A stretch of DNA of 64,000 nucleotides from positions 7,244,047 through 7,308,046 of the forward strand of contig CM082591.2 of assembly GCA_040954595.2 (NCBI GenBank), read 5' to 3'. The stretch comes from Balanoglossus misakiensis (Eukaryota > Animalia > Hemichordata). Positions 52,310 through 64,000 of this stretch are shown here, in pieces (position 1 is the stretch's first letter; every line of letters starts with the position of its first letter). The notes beneath the pieces are model-generated. The model searched no databases, was not told the origin of the DNA, and worked only from the letters and a program-made list of their open reading frames with translations. Position numbers and translations under genes: made by a program.

Positions 52310-52810
52310 TTATAATAATAAAAATATTTAATTCTTTAGAACGCACTACACATATATCTCAGTGCATTTTACACATTAAAATCAAATCAAATACAGGAAA
52401 AACAAAACAGATAAAAAATTCACAGATAAAAGACAGTTCCAAAAAATACTAACCCCCATAAAGTTATAAAAAGCACCGTCCAAAACCATGAGGATAAATT
52501 ATTTTAAAAAAACGCTGTGAAAGTGGTCGTAAATATTTAAAAAGAGTACCCTACAGGGGATGACCCCTCCCCTCAATTACAGATAGTGCTGGGTGAAAAG
52601 GCAAGTCTTTAAACCGCGTCTAAAACAGTCAATAGACCTGGCATTGCGAATTTTAGGCGGCAGTGAGTTCCACAGACAAGGTGCACAAATAGAGAATGCT
52701 CTTTGGCCATATGCCTTGTTAAATTTTCCACAAGTTGGTACCAAACGTAGCGAATCAGTTGATCTGAGATCTCTGGCAGGGGTGTACAACTCAAAAAGAT
52801 TGGTCAAATA
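52310..52810 (-). mobile_element. L2-type retrotransposon 3' end inserted in the Academ-like element
   Basis: YTPARDLRS...YGQRAFSICAPCLWNSLP..IR...SIDCF...LKT.LF; TTA-rich tail near 52310-52325. Confidence 0.75.
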
Positions 52811-53399
52811 AATATAATTAATTTTTTCAGCATATGTCACATACTAAATTTTGAGATATGGTGAAATACCCATGCCACAGAAACTTATGATAAAGTGCTG
52901 TTAAAAACGCTGATGTCTTTCTAAGTTTCCGTAGACATGAATCGCACAGCTGTGCAGAAACAGCTGTTTCTACGTCAACACGGAAGTCATCACCAAAACA
53001 AACTTCGATTTTCCTTTTCTCCATTTTTGGCCCACTACCTTCAAATAATGTGCTGAATTGCCAAGACAAAGGCAACAACCTTCAAACCATGATTTTTTTT
53101 TGACTGGTGTTTGGAAAGTGCTATCGTTCACCCTCGACGACCCCTCAAACCCGGAACTGTCCGCCATATTTATTGAAACAACTGGGCTCGCGCAGGACTG
53201 AAAAAAGGTCCGGTTTGGAATATTTAAATTTGCTTGTGGCAGAGACTATAGTGGCTATTGGTCAGACCCCCTAGCTAGGCTAGAATTATCCACTCCAAGT
53301 CTCTGCGTGGAGAATGGTCATTTGAGTGACTGATGTGTCATATTTGGAATTACTAAGTCTGTATACCTACCACTGAAATTCGTAAATTATTCTGCGAAA

Positions 53400-55000
53400 G
53401 TCAGAGAATGCCTGCCTTAATTTTGTTTTAAAGCTAATAAGCTGTGTCTAATTTTAAAGTTCTCATATTAGTTGCAAACTTTACCGCATCTCGGGAGTTT
53501 TGTTTTTTCATCACAAAACTTGGCAAACAATGACCCTTGAAAAACATACATACACATTGTGAAAACAATTCGAACATTTAAAAAGGGCAAGGATAAACAT
53601 GGAACATCAATCGACTCATATCGTTTAAAAGCTGAATGTTTGTGCCTGTTCGACCTGCAAACCTTAAAAAGTGTATGAGGGGGAAGTTAAACAAACTTTG
53701 GTGATAAATCATGGATGTTGACGGATTGATTGAACAAGCTTTACGAAGTACCTGTTAATTATACAAAAAAACATTGCTAATTTCTAACAGGAGCGCAGAT
53801 TATATTGGAACTGCCTTGAAATAGTCTTTTCGTGCAATTGTTTATTTTCAAAGGACAGATAGGCAGCCAACCAAAGAAAAATGTTAGAACGCTTTAAATG
53901 AATGAATTTCCCTGATGCCAATTTCCTTTAAAAATACAAACACTGCTCTTTCTCACTACAAAATACGTGTTGGCATCCCATTTAAATGTATTATCAAAAA
54001 TGGAGCCCAGGTATGTGTAAGTCGGGATAATTTCTACTTGATTTTTATAATGGTCTACTTGCGCATTCGTTCAGGTTACTCAAGAAGTTTCTATAAATGT
54101 ATTTAAAATAAGAAGCTTAACATCTTCCACACCAGTTCTTTTCTAAAACGCACATCAAAGGGATAGATCGGAAGACTTTAGTTTTATCCAGTGTTTTCAG
54201 GAGAATAGACATTAATGCAATGGAGTTGGAAACCAATTAATTGTTTGTAATTATACTTTTATTTGGAATTTGAACAAAGGAGGGAATGATAAAAGTGTGA
54301 ACAGAGATTTGAGGAAAGTTGAAAGATCTCGTTCAGCTGATCAGAACATTATTTTGAGGCGAATCACAAATGCGATCTGGGGACCAGAGTTTTTATTTAA
54401 TTTCAGTAGTTTAAGGGTTATAGCAACCATTTCATTGGTTATGACTACCTGTAGGTCACATATAGTAGGATTGTTCACAATTATGAAATCGACGACTTAT
54501 CTAAGGTGTTACTGGAATATTTACTAGCAATAGTTTTACATCATATTTTGTAGAGATTGCATAAACTCGGCTCCATATGGATGTATAGAAAGGTAACAGG
54601 AAGTTCAGCATTCTTATCATTTCAACATTGGTGTAATTACATTTGGCATCATTGTTGAAAAATATAGCCTGAGTTGTGTTTAATGACAAAATGCTCATGC
54701 CTATATGACTGCCACCAAAGAAAGCCTGTTTCATCAGTAATGTTAGTCTCTGTTGTAATGAAACAGTTTCCTTCCCATGGTTTGTATAGGAATATGAGAC
54801 TGTAGGTGTGTCCTGAATTTTAATAATGGTGCTAACTTTATTCATTATATCACTGTCTAAAATTTTGCCAATGTTTATTCTGTCCATCCTTTGTAAACAA
54901 ATCTTAAAATCACAGAAAAAAACCTCATGTTGACTACTGAGACATTCTGGTCGAACATTTGAATAGGTGTATCTTTGTCCGAGATACAGGATAATGGATA
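53400..55000 (-). mobile_element. Highly decayed Penelope-like retroelement fragment
   Basis: MDRINIGKIL...TPTVSYSYT and IRMLNFL resemble Penelope-type RT N-terminal segments; heavily disrupted. Confidence 0.35.
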
Positions 55001-56239
55001 TGTATACGGGTGTTTCAGGATTTCATACACTCATTTGGAAACACACAAATATGATCAGAACAATGTCTAGTACATTTTATGTTGATAAAAATACTTGCAA
55101 CATATTAGTCAATATTCTTTGAGGCCGACCAGCTGGCCAAGCGTAGTGTGTAGTACTGTACTCTGACATAAGACATACCGGCAGGCAACCACTGTATAAC
55201 TAAATTTTCTATTGTGGTCAAAATGACCACCAGTTTCCACATGACTAGTACACAGTTAGAAGTGTCAGTGTCACATGAATTGTATAATGTGGCGATATTT
55301 GCGGGCTACCGATTTTGGGTTTGGGGATACCAACTTTCAGAAATGGTAGCCCAAGTGGGATACCAATCAAAAAAATTAAAATTCGAGCCCTGAGTTATCA
55401 TTGACATTTTAACATATTTCTCCCAAGAACACTTTTGATGGATCAGTTCAAACCTAAACTTTACAAATACCATAATGCTGCTAGTAACTGTGGTCTGCAC
55501 ACTGCAAATATTTGATAAGATAACAAGGTACCAAAAATAGATTGTGATCACACACCTTTAAGTAATGATAACAGAATTTAGGTTAAGGTTTAGCTATTCT
55601 GTCCATTATATTTGGACATGGTGTTAATGTACCCTATAGTATAGTTAACATTTAAACCATACATATTGCTGCGGTGTGACCTCCTTTGACCTTCCAGGCT
55701 CCACTGCCCTTCCACAGTATCAATCTGTCAATCATAGAATAACTGTACATGTATATAACTACATGTTATGGCCATGGCAACAAACTTCACACTGAACCAA
55801 TGTCACTCTCATAATTTTTGGAGTTATTTTCCACATTTTGAAGAAAAATTAAGAACAGAAATTAATTGTAGGTGCAGTCGCTACATGTACTGAGTGTTGA
55901 CAAAATAAATTAAGGCTGTTTTGAATTATTTTTACAGTTTATTTTGAGGGATTTTGAGACAAGACTGTTTGAAATTGAATGCATTCCGTCAACTTGGTAT
56001 GTACACAATCAAAACTTTGGTTCTTTTCGGAAAAACAATATTTCAGTCTACAGTCGCTTCATGTAACAAGTATGAATAATCCAAATTTGAATCGTTTTGG
56101 AGAATTTTTACTCGTTTTTTCATGAAGTTTGACATGGAGCTGTCTGAAAGTTATGATGAGCGGTCCACTTTCCATCAGATTTCCGTTGCATCCGAAAGGA
56201 TGAAGGCGATTTATCAATTTATGTGTGAAAATAATTCTA

Positions 56240-57020
56240 CTGGCACTTGTTGTATATGTAATAACCCAGGGTACACTGTAACACTCGCTGAGCTTGATCT
56301 GCATCTTGTAAGAAGATGCACGAAGTTGGGATCCAGCAAATTTCCTGATGAAGCACCAATCGCCATCAATGGCGACAACCAAGTATCGGCTACGAGCATG
56401 TGATTATCTGCATACAAATACACTAATTCGCCAACCTTGATGTCATTCTGGTGGGCAGTTTTGTTTTTGGACTTGGATAGCTGGCTGTTCGTGTTGTTTG
56501 CTAATCAGTTCACGATCAGAAAGTGGGATCTGGTCATTGGTGAACTGGTTTCACTGCGTCAGCATTTCCCGGGCAGATAAACCACGGCTCCTAATGCGTG
56601 AGTGGAGGCGTGCTGTAGCTATAGCCAGGTTAAGCGGACTGACAGAATCGCCACCAGGTTCTTGGCGAAGGAGCTCTAATCTTCCAGTTCATAGATGGCT
56701 TTTTCTGCAACTGGGTTTTTGTTGGGGTTCTTTATGCAGCCTATCTCGATGCATATGCGCAAATGGTGGAGAGTTTCATCATTGCGGAGGGCCAAGAATC
56801 CTGGTGCGGGGTCAATGCGAATGATGGCGTGTGAGCCGTCTAGTGGACGTAGCTCTATGCACATACGTGCAAGGCTGTCGCGAAGTGTAACATGGTTTTC
56901 ATTCTCGATGATGCATGATTGTTGATGTGTAAGAAGTTGTAGTTTCTCTGAGGACAAGGATGAGTTGTCGACTGCGCTTGAGGACATCAGCCGCGTAGTT
57001 AATACCAACAACTTCTGGGG
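56240..57020 (-). mobile_element. Duplicated Gypsy-like integrase fragment
   Basis: ORFs 56676-57011 and 56059-56382 are paralogous to 21745-22513. Confidence 0.65.
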
Positions 57021-57488
57021 GTCTTCTGTTGTTTGCTCAGCTAGGCTGTTGGGCAGTTTCTTTAAGGAGGCGCATGTGTGGCGTTTGGCCGTTTTGTACG
57101 AAGCGCTCCCATTGTTCTCTCAGTCCTTTGCTTTTCGGAAATCTATGTACACTACAGATAGTGTTTTTACAGCCCCCGACGATGCATCGTTTGACCATAG
57201 TGATGGAAACTCGGGACTCTCGCTTTGGGCTAGGCTGTGCAACGATATCACTGTTTACATACTGGCAACGACTTCCCCCAATGACGTCATGTCACGTGGT
57301 CTATACGCGGCAAATACATATTGAGATTTTTTCTGAGGGACATGAATTTCGACGATTTTATTAATAAATCATTAATTATAGAAAACCATAGCCAAAATAT
57401 AATGTCTTGATTTGGATAAAATGGTTATTTTACTAAATGAATGTTTAACACTCAAATGAAATAAAAATAGGTGTAATAATTCCTTTAA

Positions 57489-58283
57489 GATGGATCCCTG
57501 GGATCTTTTTGCCCGTTGCTATGGGCCTTTATAGGACATTACACCCCGATTTGGACTAAGCCGTTTTCAGAGTCTAACAAGGGGCTGGTAACTAGTTGAA
57601 AATCTGCACGATTGTGAGCACGCGCCCCCTGACGCCATTGATATGCAAATTAGTTAGGTCAAATTTCAAAAGCCTAAGGCTTTTTATTCCGTGACCTCAA
57701 AAACGAACTTGATATGTATTCATTAGTTGCTTGAACCAGGGAAGATCGTGACGGATTTTGTTTTCGAATATTATCGTTGTATCCTACGATTTCAGCATAC
57801 CCGTACCACACCTGAAAAAGTCATCGATTTTGGGTGTTTTTGGACGCACTCTTCCACTGGTATCGCTTCTTAGCACGACGAAAACCGAAAAAACAATCCG
57901 TCACACTGTGCGGAAGTGCGTTCTCAACAAGCAGGTCAAATTTGGCTGGCCTACGTCGCCTATGAAAAAAGCCTTAGGGATTTTCGTGAACGGTACAAAA
58001 TCTCTGTGTACAAAACATTGGATTTTTAGCGTTCGATCCAGTTACTGTGGTTACAGGACGCGCACGCTATCGCTGACCGCTGCTTTGCCGTATTAGCGTG
58101 GCGGCCTATGGCCGGGCGGTAGCTGCCGTAAACATACTCGGACAGGGGGTGTGCACACAATCGTGCGTATTTTTAACTAGTTACAAGCCCCTTGTCGGAC
58201 GTTCATAACGGTTTCGATCAAAATTGAGTGTAGTGTCCTATAAAGGCCCATAGCAACGAGCAAAAAGATCCCAGGGACCCATC
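57489..58283. mobile_element. 795-bp TTAA-flanked MITE with long imperfect TIRs (Kolobok-like), ~310 bp upstream of the copy C ATG
   Basis: TTAA|GATGGATCCCTGGGATCTTTTTGC...GCAAAAAGATCCCAGGGACCCATC|TTAA; single empty TTAA at 23165-23168 in copy B. Confidence 0.9.
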
Positions 58284-58591
58284 TTAAGCTCCAACTATTC
58301 TGTCAATCACAGTAGGACATGATGCAACATGCAGACTATGGATAATATTTAATCCTTCATGTTGTGGCCTGGCTTTACACTGACTGTGACCTCATTTGAC
58401 CTCTAGGGAGCTGCTTTACAATCATGTCATATCACGTAGTATACCGGTAGAGTACGCAGTCATGAATATGTCACAATACTAATTACATACTGTCAAGTTT
58501 TCCCTGAAAAAAATTTCACCATCACCTACCGGTACATCAGTATTATACCGTACTGTATACTGGTATACTTCTTCCCATCAGGAATGTAATT

Positions 58592-61500
58592 ATGTCAGAA
58601 CCATCTGCAGCACTGGTTGTATTGAAATCATGGGACAAGGAGGCAAAGACCTCCCAACCAACTCAAGCTATAATCAAACATCTCAAAGAAAACACACTCC
58701 AGTCTGAGAACATTTCTGAATTCCACTGTACTACCCTTGAAGTTGAAGTGAGTGAAGAACAAAAGAAAGATGCAAAGAGTGTGAATGTCACTTTGATCCC
58801 AGCCAAAAGAAACAAGTGGTTGGATTCAAAGAAAGATCCACCTGGAGAACACTGGCTTGTTCACCATGGTACATACTTCTCAGGATTGAAGAAACTGAAA
58901 AACATCCAACATGTAGTCGGATATTCTCCACAGACACACAAAGCAGCCGCAGCAATTCAAGAAAGTCTCTTCCCTGAAGCCAAACTTCATCAACTCCAAC
59001 TTCCCAATCCACCACCTGTGGCAGCATTAATGGTCATGCAAACCTGGCAGACAGAATCAGAAGATCAGACAACAACACCAACTCATCAGCTTGTCACTGA
59101 ATTTCGAGAAGAAAAACTGAAGCCAGATGAAGTTTCTGAATTCCACTGTACTACCCTTGAAGTTGAAGTGAGTGAAGAACAAAAGAAAGATGCAGAGAGT
59201 GTTGATGCTACTTTGATCCCAGCTATAAGAGACAAGAGGATGGATCCTCATGAAGACCCCCCTGGAGTAAACTGGCTTGTTAACCATGATACATACTTCC
59301 CTAGACTGAAGGAACTGACAAACATCCAACATGTAGTCGGATATTCTCCAAAGACACAGAATGCAGCCAAAGCAATCCACGAAAGTCTCTTCCCTGAAGC
59401 CAAACTTCATCAACTCCATCTTCCAGATCCACCTCCTGGAGTATTATTTGTGTATGACGACTGGAACAAAGAAGATTGTGGCTTGACTGGGTTTCACAGA
59501 ACTCTCGTACAAGATTTCTGTGCAAGAAAAGTCAAAGAAGAAACACCTGTTAACGCCTACTCCACATTTGTTGGTGTCAAAGTCAGTGACGACCAGAAGG
59601 CAGATGCTGCCAAGTGTCGGGTTAAATTGATTCCAGCACAACAAGAAGAAGACAGAACTGCAGAGCCAGAAGAAGATCAGCCACATTTAAAATGGTTAAC
59701 GAAATATCATGAAACCTACTACCCTCACCTCAGACAGCTACAAAACATCAAGTATGTTGTCGGTTATGCTCCAAGAACTGGATTTGCTGCTGCAAATATC
59801 AGAAAGAAATTGTTTCCTGATGCAAAACTTGTAATGATCAACCATGCCTATGAAGAACGCAACTGTCTGTTGAAACAACCAAAAGGGAAGTTTAGTGAAA
59901 TGATGCTGAAGCTGGCCAGTGAAGCTGATATCATATTCTCAATTGGTCCAAGCATGTTCGCACACTTTGAAAACCAATACCGAGCAGAATTTTCTGGAAA
60001 GCAACTTTTCAAGATCCCTCATGAAGAGATTTTCCCCAGACCTGCAGAAGTCTTTTTCAGAAAAGACACAACCATACCAGACAAAGTCACTACACACAAC
60101 ATACTGACGTATGGCCAAATTGATACACAAGAAGCCTTGGACAGGTGTCAGACACTGGCAGCTGCTATTGGAAGTGCAACCAATAAGCTGAAAGATGTTT
60201 CCCACAAACCTCCTAAGTGGTCAATACAAGGAGCTTCTCCACAAGCAGGTGAGGCTGAACTGGAGCATCTTCAAGACCAGATGAAGAGTAGTCATGTCAC
60301 CCCTACACTCTACTCAGGTTACTCAGCAAGCACTTTGCCAACATCACTTCAACAATCTCACAGTTGTCTTCCTGTCTCTGTCTACAAGGACTATCCGTAT
60401 AGCGGTTTAGAATCTATAGCAGTTGGACTACCAACCTATCCTGATGAATATTCCCAGCTTGGGGAGTTAGTCAAGGAATACTTTCCATACCACGCAGAAA
60501 AATGTGTAGTGTCACACTCATCTGATAAGATTTCAGAGAAGATAATATGGAGTGTCAAGAAGACCAGGTTAGCTTTTGAAGAAGCTAAGGAGCTGAAGAA
60601 GGCTTTCATGGAGAGTGAAGATGTTGATAAGAGTTATGCCACATTTGCCAGTTTGTTGACACCAGACCGAATGAGGGAACAAGAAGGAGTTGATCCATGT
60701 GGCAAGGACACAAGAAATACAGCAGGTAGGAGACAATTTCAAAATTATTATTAAAAACAACTTTCTTGGTGGCGACTGTTGACATGGTTCAATTGTTCCC
60801 AGACTTAAGGATGTACGTTCAGTAAAATTGAAAGTATTGTCATTTTTTGTAATTGTGGATTTTTGGATTTTCCTTTGTATGTATAATGAAAATCCGTAAT
60901 AAAATATAGGGGTCACCGCACTTGTTTATGAAATACAGAGCTATGAATTTGGTCGATAATAGAAGAAATATGCTGACTCAGCATTTTTCACCAATGGTTT
61001 GTTTATGGGCAAAATTTTTAACACAATTTATCTCAAAATAGAGCGCGGTGACCCCTATATTTTATTTGACCAATGAATTTATATTTGCTCGACTGAGCTA
61101 TGTGTAAAATTTCGTGAAAATGACAATAGTAGAAGTTTGTTTTCTGGCGATTATCAATGTAATCCTATGGGAAAAAGTCGGGTGCGCGCAGTGTTTCCGG
61201 TTAATGTTCTACACGTACATCCTTAAAGCAAAGGACATTGACCCATTGACTTTTCAATGGCCATCTGCGTACAGTATTGCATTTCTAACTGTTGTGCTTA
61301 GTACCCGTACTTAGTTTAGAGCAAGTGAGGTTATATATTGTTGATTTTCCCACAATACATATTTTGGAAGCCCTACAAATTTAAGGTTTTTTCTTGGGAG
61401 ACGGAGTTTAACAAAAACCGTATGACTTATGGTTTTCCAGGGTGGCGATAAATTAAGCGTACTTATTTTGTCTTAGGTTGAGTTTAATATTGCCCAATTT

Positions 61501-64000
61501 CCTAAAATCTTCAGATCATCATGCCGACACAACAATTCAAGTTCATGCCCAACTGGATGAAAATGCCTATCAGCAACATCGAGCAGAAAATGTGGGCCAG
61601 AATGAGGAAAGGCAACGGGCAGCATCTACAGCTTGGAACAACTGCAAACAACAGTTGAATAGAAGAGCATCTGATGTGGTATCCAACGGTGATGACACTG
61701 AGAAAGTCAAGAAAGTCTACACTGAGACTTTGGGTGAAGTGGAAATAACCAGTATGAAATCAGGGTCTCTGCAAATCACAGCCAACATGTATAGACTTTA
61801 TAATCTCTACAGATTGCGGGGAAGCTGTCTTGAAGATTCAAGAAGTTTAGCCAAGGCATTAGAACCAATCTTGATGACAGATGAAATGACAGAGGCCAAC
61901 AAAGCTGGAATTCCACTGAAGTTGATAACTACATATGACCAAGCCAGGTTTGATGAACTGGAACTATTCTTTCTGAACAGTAAGTTTTTCTTGTCAGATG
62001 AGATGATTTGCCATAAAACTATATTGATACAACCAAGAAACAATACAAATTCAAAGAATAAGAGAGTGTGGATTGATCACTTGGAGGAAGGAGAAAATTA
62101 TACTTAATACCGAATTAACACAGGTGACGGATTAAGATTATTATGTTATTTTACATTTCTATAAAATGAAACTTGTTAGAGCTGTGACTCATGACTCATA
62201 TAAGATAATTTAAGTTTCATGCATTGCAAATTTTTTTTAACCCCAAGAAACTTTCAGAGAAATAAAATTATGCAAATCAAAATCCATTGAATATTTTACT
62301 AACTTTCAGGAGATGGTGGGGGAATAGGACCATTGAAATTATATGGTGACAGCGTAGAAGAGGGAAGTGTTGATGAAATACTGAATCAGGTATGCTTAGA
62401 TGTTAGTTGTAATGCCCAGCATTTAGCTTATCAATGCAACATATATGTGTATCAGCACTGTTATGATGCAAAATTTGAATTCAAGTCCGGACTAGAATTT
62501 ATTTGTCAACAATAACAATGGTTGTTACACACATACAGGACATCTTGACAAGCTGAGTACTGAGTACCTTGCTGTTTGTAGAAGGACAAGATATTGCATT
62601 TGGTACACAGAACAAAAATACCGAAAATGAAGCCAGTTTTACAGCTAATGTCCCTACAACACATGTAGCTATGTTCAACAGCATACTTTGTCCACAACTT
62701 CACACACGCAGGGAAATTTCCAAATAGTAAATAAGTCGTTACTATTTTCAGTGACGTTTACATGTTGATTGATGTCTAGCTGATATGGCTGTGAGAAGGA
62801 TATTGTAATTGTTTGGCTGTTTCTCTCTGGGAACTCTTAACAACATCACTGGGATAAACTCTTTCATGGCTCAAATATTTGATATCCACTATGACTGTCT
62901 ATTGAAATTCATCTAGATTTGGATTTGATATATTCATTTGTTTCAATTTTAGATTGAGAGAACACGCCTGACTTCACCAGGGAAGGAAACAGAAAAAGAT
63001 TCTGACATTGAAGAGGCTGCCATGAAACAAAGTGAGTGATTTAATTTGGTCAAGAACTGGTCATTTATGGGATTCTAGTCCACATTGCATGGTTAATCTT
63101 TTAACTTCTCTGATCCAGATATGAATAATAATAAAACAAAACAACAGCAGATATTTTGGTTGGAACACATTGGCCACAATTTTGAAAGGAATAATGATAC
63201 ATTACATTTGCATGCTGCACTTAAGGTGTCATAAAAATTCAGAAATTTTAATTGATGTTTGTGTTAACTTTCCGACTGTCACAAATGCCAGATCGGGACA
63301 AGTGAAATCTTTAAAAAGTTTGTTGAAAGCTATATCCAAATCGACACAATTTTGATTAATATAATGCCCTGACTTTTTTTAACCACAGGGATGACGTAAG
63401 AATGTTTTTGTTGTAGTCATATCTGGTTATGGGTTGTCCAGTAAAAATAATATTCTACACTGTGCACCATTTGTTGTTTCTGCATCACCAGCTTGATCTG
63501 ATAAGGGCCGGATGTGCCAAGACTAAAACCTGATTTTGTGTATCAAGGCAATTCCCAGCAAACTATAATGGCTCTAACAACGTTTATAACAAAGAATTAG
63601 GCTGGGAGTGTGTTGACACACACATGATATGTCTTAGAAATAGTTCGAAACAGAAAAATGACAAAATTGAGCTTCATAGCTTTATTCTTTTTCATTTCAG
63701 ATTTGGCAGATGAAATCACACTACATGCCAGACCAATTTATCCCATACCAGCTGAATCTATCAGCTTACAAGCAGAAAGCTTACTACCCTTTGAAGCTAG
63801 TGCAAAGCATCTCAAAGAACTGCAAAAACTGTTGGATGGGGCCCTGACAGAGAAGTCCAAAATTCAGACTGAGTCAGTTGAGAATAAGAGAAAGCTAGTT
63901 AAAGAAAACACTAAACTGCAGACAGAGAAAATGATTCTAGAGAATCAGTTGAAAGAAGCACTTCAGGAAAAGTCACTCTTAGAAGAGCAGTACAAACAGA
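58592..64000 (+). CDS. 5' part of paralogous gene (copy C): 2x GT4-N-like repeats + GT4-like domain + TRADD-N-like + coiled coil, running off the window
   Basis: Exons 58592-60725, 61515-61979, 62310-62389, 62953-63031, 63701->64000, with GT-AG sites and the same phases as copy B; the equivalent of exon 5 is absent. Confidence 0.8.
60809..61222. mobile_element. TTAA-flanked MITE (GGATGTACG...CGTACATCC) in intron 1 of copy C; partial relatives at ~18985-19292 and ~47185-47490
   Basis: Short TIRs with TTAA on both sides; the body (gtcaccgcacttg...gagcgcggtgacc...gtacatccttaa) recurs upstream of both genes. Confidence 0.75.

Larger units (their letters stand above)
50870..53248. mobile_element. 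Internally deleted Academ(H)-like DNA transposon carrying RecQ-like helicase remnants and a convergent Cys-rich ORF start
   Basis: TIRs TAGTCTCTGCCACA(G/A)GC...; helicase motif I LPTGYGKS (51086-51334), motifs V/VI CTSAVGM, YFQEIGRAGR.G and RQC-like Cys (51386-51724); minus-strand CxLC...CDSC fragment 52827-53167. Confidence 0.7.
32771..64000 (+). repeat. Segmental tandem duplication unit 2
   Basis: As above; differs by loss of ~3.5 kb (relative to 4062-7615) and gain of ~6.2 kb (49100-55350) plus MITE insertions. Confidence 0.9.

Noticed and set aside
1-64000. Prokaryotic defence island, operon or CRISPR array
   Set aside because: Spliceosomal GT-AG introns, LINEs, MITEs and low coding density show eukaryotic DNA; no regularly spaced repeat-spacer array was seen.
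32771-64000. Unit 2 as merely the alternative haplotype mis-assembled in tandem
   Set aside because: Cannot be fully excluded without read depth, but gene B runs seamlessly across the unit boundary and introns of B and C are largely unalignable, favouring true paralogs.

Overview
AT-rich eukaryotic (metazoan, probably marine invertebrate; hemichordate-like is only a guess) genomic DNA, not a prokaryotic locus. The window is mostly a head-to-tail segmental tandem array (unit ~28-35 kb: ~949-32770 vs ~32771-64000), plus a nested, near-identical 12,646-bp tandem duplication at the left edge. Each unit carries a + strand multi-exon gene with an unusual architecture: 2-3 extra tandem copies of a GT4 (glycosyltransferase-4 'conflict-type') N-terminal Rossmann-like lobe, a full but probably degenerate GT-B/GT4 domain, a TRADD-N-like domain, a coiled coil, low-complexity duplicated exons and a terminal NHL beta-propeller exon. 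One complete copy (23473-34770, 10 coding exons, ~1800 aa), one 5'-partial copy (58592->64000) and one orphan NHL exon (1958-2775) are present. The two NHL exons differ at 37 codons by amino-acid replacement but at only one purely synonymous codon (manual count), with changes clustered at blade-loop positions, while their flanking introns are nearly identical. This suggests a diversifying intracellular immune-receptor family that also varies by repeat number, exon gain/loss and paralog mosaicism. Intergenic DNA holds decayed non-LTR retroelements, a hAT transposase, a Gypsy-type integrase fragment, a THAP fragment, nested Academ-like elements with a RecQ-like helicase remnant, several MITEs and captured ACSS3-like exon fragments.
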